Shown here one piece after another: positions 61,801-64,000 of a stretch of 64,000 nucleotides of DNA. This DNA comes from Anthoceros angustus (Eukaryota; Plantae; Anthocerotophyta): NCBI GenBank assembly GCA_010909165.1, contig VJWM01000108.1, positions 806,001-870,000 of the forward strand, written 5' to 3'. The notes under the pieces are model-generated. The model searched no databases and was not told where the DNA came from. It saw only the letters and a program-made list of their open reading frames with translations. Both the position numbers and the translations under genes were made by a program. How positions within the stretch are numbered: the first letter of the stretch is position 1; each line of letters starts with the position of its first letter.

Positions 61801-62387
61801 GATGCTATGACATCACTCCTACAGTGGACCACTACACATGCATGGTGGATCTCCTGGGTCGTACAGGGCAACTGGATGATGCCCTCGCTTTAGTAAGCAC
61901 CATGCCTGACCGGCCTAATTCTGTAGTTTTGCACACTCTCCTAGGTGCTTGTCAAAAGTGGGGCAACCTGGAGGTGGGACGCCATGCTTTCAATCAAGCA
62001 GTGAAGCTAGACAAGCAAGATTCTGCAGCATATGTGTTGATGTCAAACATATACACAGGTGCCCGGATGTTGAAGGAGGCACAGGAGCTGCAGGCCAGGA
62101 GAACCAATATCAGGGCGTTGAAGCAGCCAGGCCAGAGCTGGTGGACAGACAGAGAAGGACTCGTGCATAGTTTTGTAGTTAAGCCTCCCAAAAGAGAAAG
62201 CAAGGCTGATACATGTCCTCTCCAATATGGAAAGCAAGCTACTCGTGCCACATCTACCAGCAAATATACTGGATGGGATCATAGAAAGGAAGACGATATT
62301 CGTGGTCAGCAGCAAGAAGCTCGCTATGGCAAATACCTCACAAAACAACTCACGCGAGCGACGTGGTATTTATCGTGGGAATGTTGA
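58839..62387 (+). CDS. Organelle-targeted PLS-PPR of the WW type (1182 aa), E1-E2-PG box, with the DYW decayed
   Basis: An intact intronless ORF with about 27 PLS motifs, then E1/E2 and KQPGQSWWTD…VHSF. The N-terminus is transit-peptide-like and there is no PDF motif. Confidence 0.93.
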   Translation: MVFLLALDDGSVRVASRCSAPWLSGAFQSGGGNAPILLTSRNQRWAHSRVLRCSFPFANNKPACVDVQLAAPDMRVGRSASDRGLLVDAVLGSPVPDDRRVTVETVSTLCGEGNLAEAVEALGLLGQTAECRVSKSLFYAVLKECVVRKDLAGGRRVHALAVKEGYQSDTFLANHILRMYASLGSLQEAMDVFTVVPKPDTFIWYSIISAHVKHGLNKQAIELYHRMRRSGVKPDGSHVFVAALQACARGSDLKTGQQVHADVVASGVELDLFVCTCLVDMYAKCGSLEDARGVFDGLGQKNVVTWNAIIAGYSQHGRGQEALRLYRAMQDEGIVEPNSVTFLCLLQACASVGTPALENGKQLHAQIEALGHQADVFVASSLVNMYAKCGSLGEAHRVFNGLGRKDVVTWNAMIAGYSQQGMGQEALQLYRVMQDEGIVASNAVTFVCLLQACASVGSPALGNGKQLHAQIRECGYEADVFVANSLVNMYAKCGSLGAARRLFDDLGEKDVATWTVMIAGYSQQGMGQEALHLYRAMQADGITVPDPVTFVCLVQACASVGPMALETGKQLHKQIREHGHQADVYVASSLVNMYAKCGSLEDAQSLFEEIDQKTVVTWTAMIAGYSQQGMGQEALRLYSTMQEEGITVPDSVTFVCLLRACAIVGTAALEKGRQLHTQIREQGHQADVFVANSLVNMYAKCGSLGDAQGVFDGLGQKDVVTWNAMIAAYSQQGMGQEALRLHTAMQQEGIVVPDSVTLVTLLQACASVGTTSLEKGNQLHMQIREQGLETDVFVASSLVNMYAKCGSLEDAQSVFDGLGQKDVVTWNAMIAGYSQQGMGQDALRLYGAMQEEGMTVPDSLTFVCLLQACANVAALHLGRQLHAQIVEQGLQADTFVANSLVNMYAKCGSMVDAQQVFDALSRRDVLAWNALIAGYTCQGDGDLVFGLVHQMEEDGIWPDSITLLCVLTVCSHAGLVNKGQEYFAAMSRCYDITPTVDHYTCMVDLLGRTGQLDDALALVSTMPDRPNSVVLHTLLGACQKWGNLEVGRHAFNQAVKLDKQDSAAYVLMSNIYTGARMLKEAQELQARRTNIRALKQPGQSWWTDREGLVHSFVVKPPKRESKADTCPLQYGKQATRATSTSKYTGWDHRKEDDIRGQQQEARYGKYLTKQLTRATWYLSWEC

Positions 62388-63254
62388 TGGTCACTCCGCC
62401 AAAGGAGAACTCGTTTGCAGTACTTTAAATTATCACTTGTGGGTATTATTAAATTCCAAACATACAAATCATCTACTGGACTACCTAGTGGTTGTCCCCC
62501 GGCGGCCGTGATTGGGCAGCACCCGGTGAAATGGCCCTGCTGGATCCTGGTTCCTCCTTTACGCGCCCGAACATAGTCTGGTAAAGTAGCTGACACCTGC
62601 ATGCTAAACCCTAGTCCTGGGGCAGAGCACTGTCCAACTGAAAAACGTGTGAACCATTGGATCAACCTGCTGGGATGATACGATGTGTAACATAGGGGAA
62701 TCAGAAGATTTCTCTCCCGGGGTTGTTTTGATTTATTTTTAAAATACCAAATTAAAAAAAAAACCATTGGATCAAACTCGCACAAAACACACTCGTTGGG
62801 TGGGAACAATGCCGTTCTCCGGGGCCTGGGTTTAGGGTTTCCGACAATGTCCCTGATCGAAAGGGCACAAGAGCTGCGTGGGGGGCTGATTTTCACAATC
62901 AAAGAGGCTGAGTTTGCCGTCGGCGAAGTTCCCAGCCATGAGGGAGGATGTCGGATTTTGTTGGGCGTGAATGTGTTGAGGCACGTTAGAATGACCTGCT
63001 CCCAGTCATCGAAGATCTGTGCACTTGGAGAGGCCCCGGGTGTGGGTAGTCGATAAGACTCGATTGAACAGGCGTCCACAAGCTCTTCGCTAACTTTCGA
63101 TGCACAGGAGTCATTCAAGGAATACTGCCACGTATCGGTAATAAAATGTTCAACAACACCTCAAAATAAGCTAATAAAATCTCATAGAATAAAGGCTGTA
63201 TTAATAGGCCATGGATGGTACTAGATAAATAAAAACATAGCCCATAGATCCATG

Positions 63255-63710
63255 GTAAGTGTCTTTTATGACCATACCAATTATAAGATGGGTCCATGTG
63301 TCCATAATAAATACAAATCCTTGGATATAAAATTAAGTAATTTACTAATTTTAAACCGGACCTTTTATGAACCCTCGGTCCCCGAAAAAAATAGGGGACC
63401 GAGGGTGGGGACCAGACTCCTGAAGAACCTGCAATCCCATGTTTTTTTTAACACATGCCGGGACCGGGACCGAGCTTGGGACGGGGTCCCATGTTTTTTT
63501 TAACACATGCCGGGGCCGGGACAGAGCTTGGGACGGGGTCCCATGTTTTTTTTAACACATGCCGGGACCGGGACCGAGCTTGGGACGGGGTCCCATGTTT
63601 TTTTTAACACATGCCGGGACCGGGACCGAGCTTGGGACGGGGTCCCATGTTTTTTTTAACACATGCCGGGACCGGGACCGAGCTTAGGACGGGGTCAAAA
63701 TGACACCCTG
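63255..63710. mobile_element. hAT MITE (inverted relative to 47792) with five 52-bp subterminal repeats
   Basis: Reverse-complement homology to 47792-48040 and a TIR ending at 63710. Repeat units start at 63436, 63488, 63540, 63592 and 63644. The left TIR was not found. Confidence 0.85.
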
Positions 63711-63714
63711 TTCA

Positions 63715-63967
63715 GGAGGCTATCTCGTGTGCCCTTTTTGAAGAAAGCCAAACTCAGCCTCCGTATAGTCTAATAAGGGCCTGAACAAGGCATGGTTGAG
63801 CTCGTCCAATGAAAGAGGAAACCTAATCCTTTCATCCCCACCTCCACAACTATGTACCCTTTCATAGGCTTCTTGCTTTCTTTTCCATTGCTATCCTCAT
63901 CACATGCATTACTTCTAAGACCCAAGAACGGCTTTAGAAAGTTCATGGAGCTTTGTTTTGATTTCAT
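63715..63967 (-). pseudogene. SAUR: SAUR (small auxin-up RNA)-like gene, frameshifted and abutting the MITE
   Basis: KGYIVVEVG, then a +1 shift in a G-run, then DERIRFPLSLDELNHALFRPLLDYTEAEFGFLQKG, which matches the SAUR pattern KGY..V.VG.E..RF…LNHPLF..LL…EEFGF. Confidence 0.65.
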
Positions 63968-64000
63968 TTTGAACTATCAATTTGGTTCTTTGCAAGAACA

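Noticed and set aside
62324-63118. 264-aa minus-strand ORF
   Set aside because: It has no recognisable domain or codon bias, lies between the PPR 3' end and a MITE, and is probably spurious.
63488-63650. GGGGTCCCAT units as class I TCP binding sites regulated by the local TCP gene
   Set aside because: They are imperfect matches to GGNCCCAC and are better explained as hAT subterminal motifs.

Overview
Eukaryotic plant nuclear DNA, most consistent with a hornwort (a fern or lycophyte is possible). Supporting signs are short introns, high gene density, and PLS-class PPR proteins of both the DYW:KP/'GRP' and WW types. About half of the window is a local cluster of at least 7 related intronless PLS-PPR genes ending in a DYW:KP (…GRP*) domain, the clade linked to U-to-C RNA editing: loci A-D, F and G on +, and E on -. 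There are also several fragments. The main finding is that every copy with a visible N-terminus encodes an OSB-type 'PDF' motif (LWQQFFLDPTMWWDNRRDKKSSRSPDFRRKGSGEVLWL), or a remnant of it, between the targeting peptide and the PPR tract. In OSB proteins this motif binds single-stranded DNA. Most copies are frameshifted in this sequence, but the lesion pattern suggests many frameshifts are long-read consensus errors. Single-copy genes are intact: a class I TCP transcription factor, a coiled-coil protein of unknown function (750-aa ORF), proteasome alpha-4 (PAC1), tRNA-Ser(GCT), a 4-exon PLAC8 gene and an 1182-aa WW-type PLS-PPR with a decayed DYW. Transposon material includes a TIR/TSD-bounded MULE, hAT MITEs, solo-LTR-like repeats, gypsy RT and integrase fragments, and a CRE-like non-LTR insertion with a 14-bp TSD. 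There are also several minisatellites.
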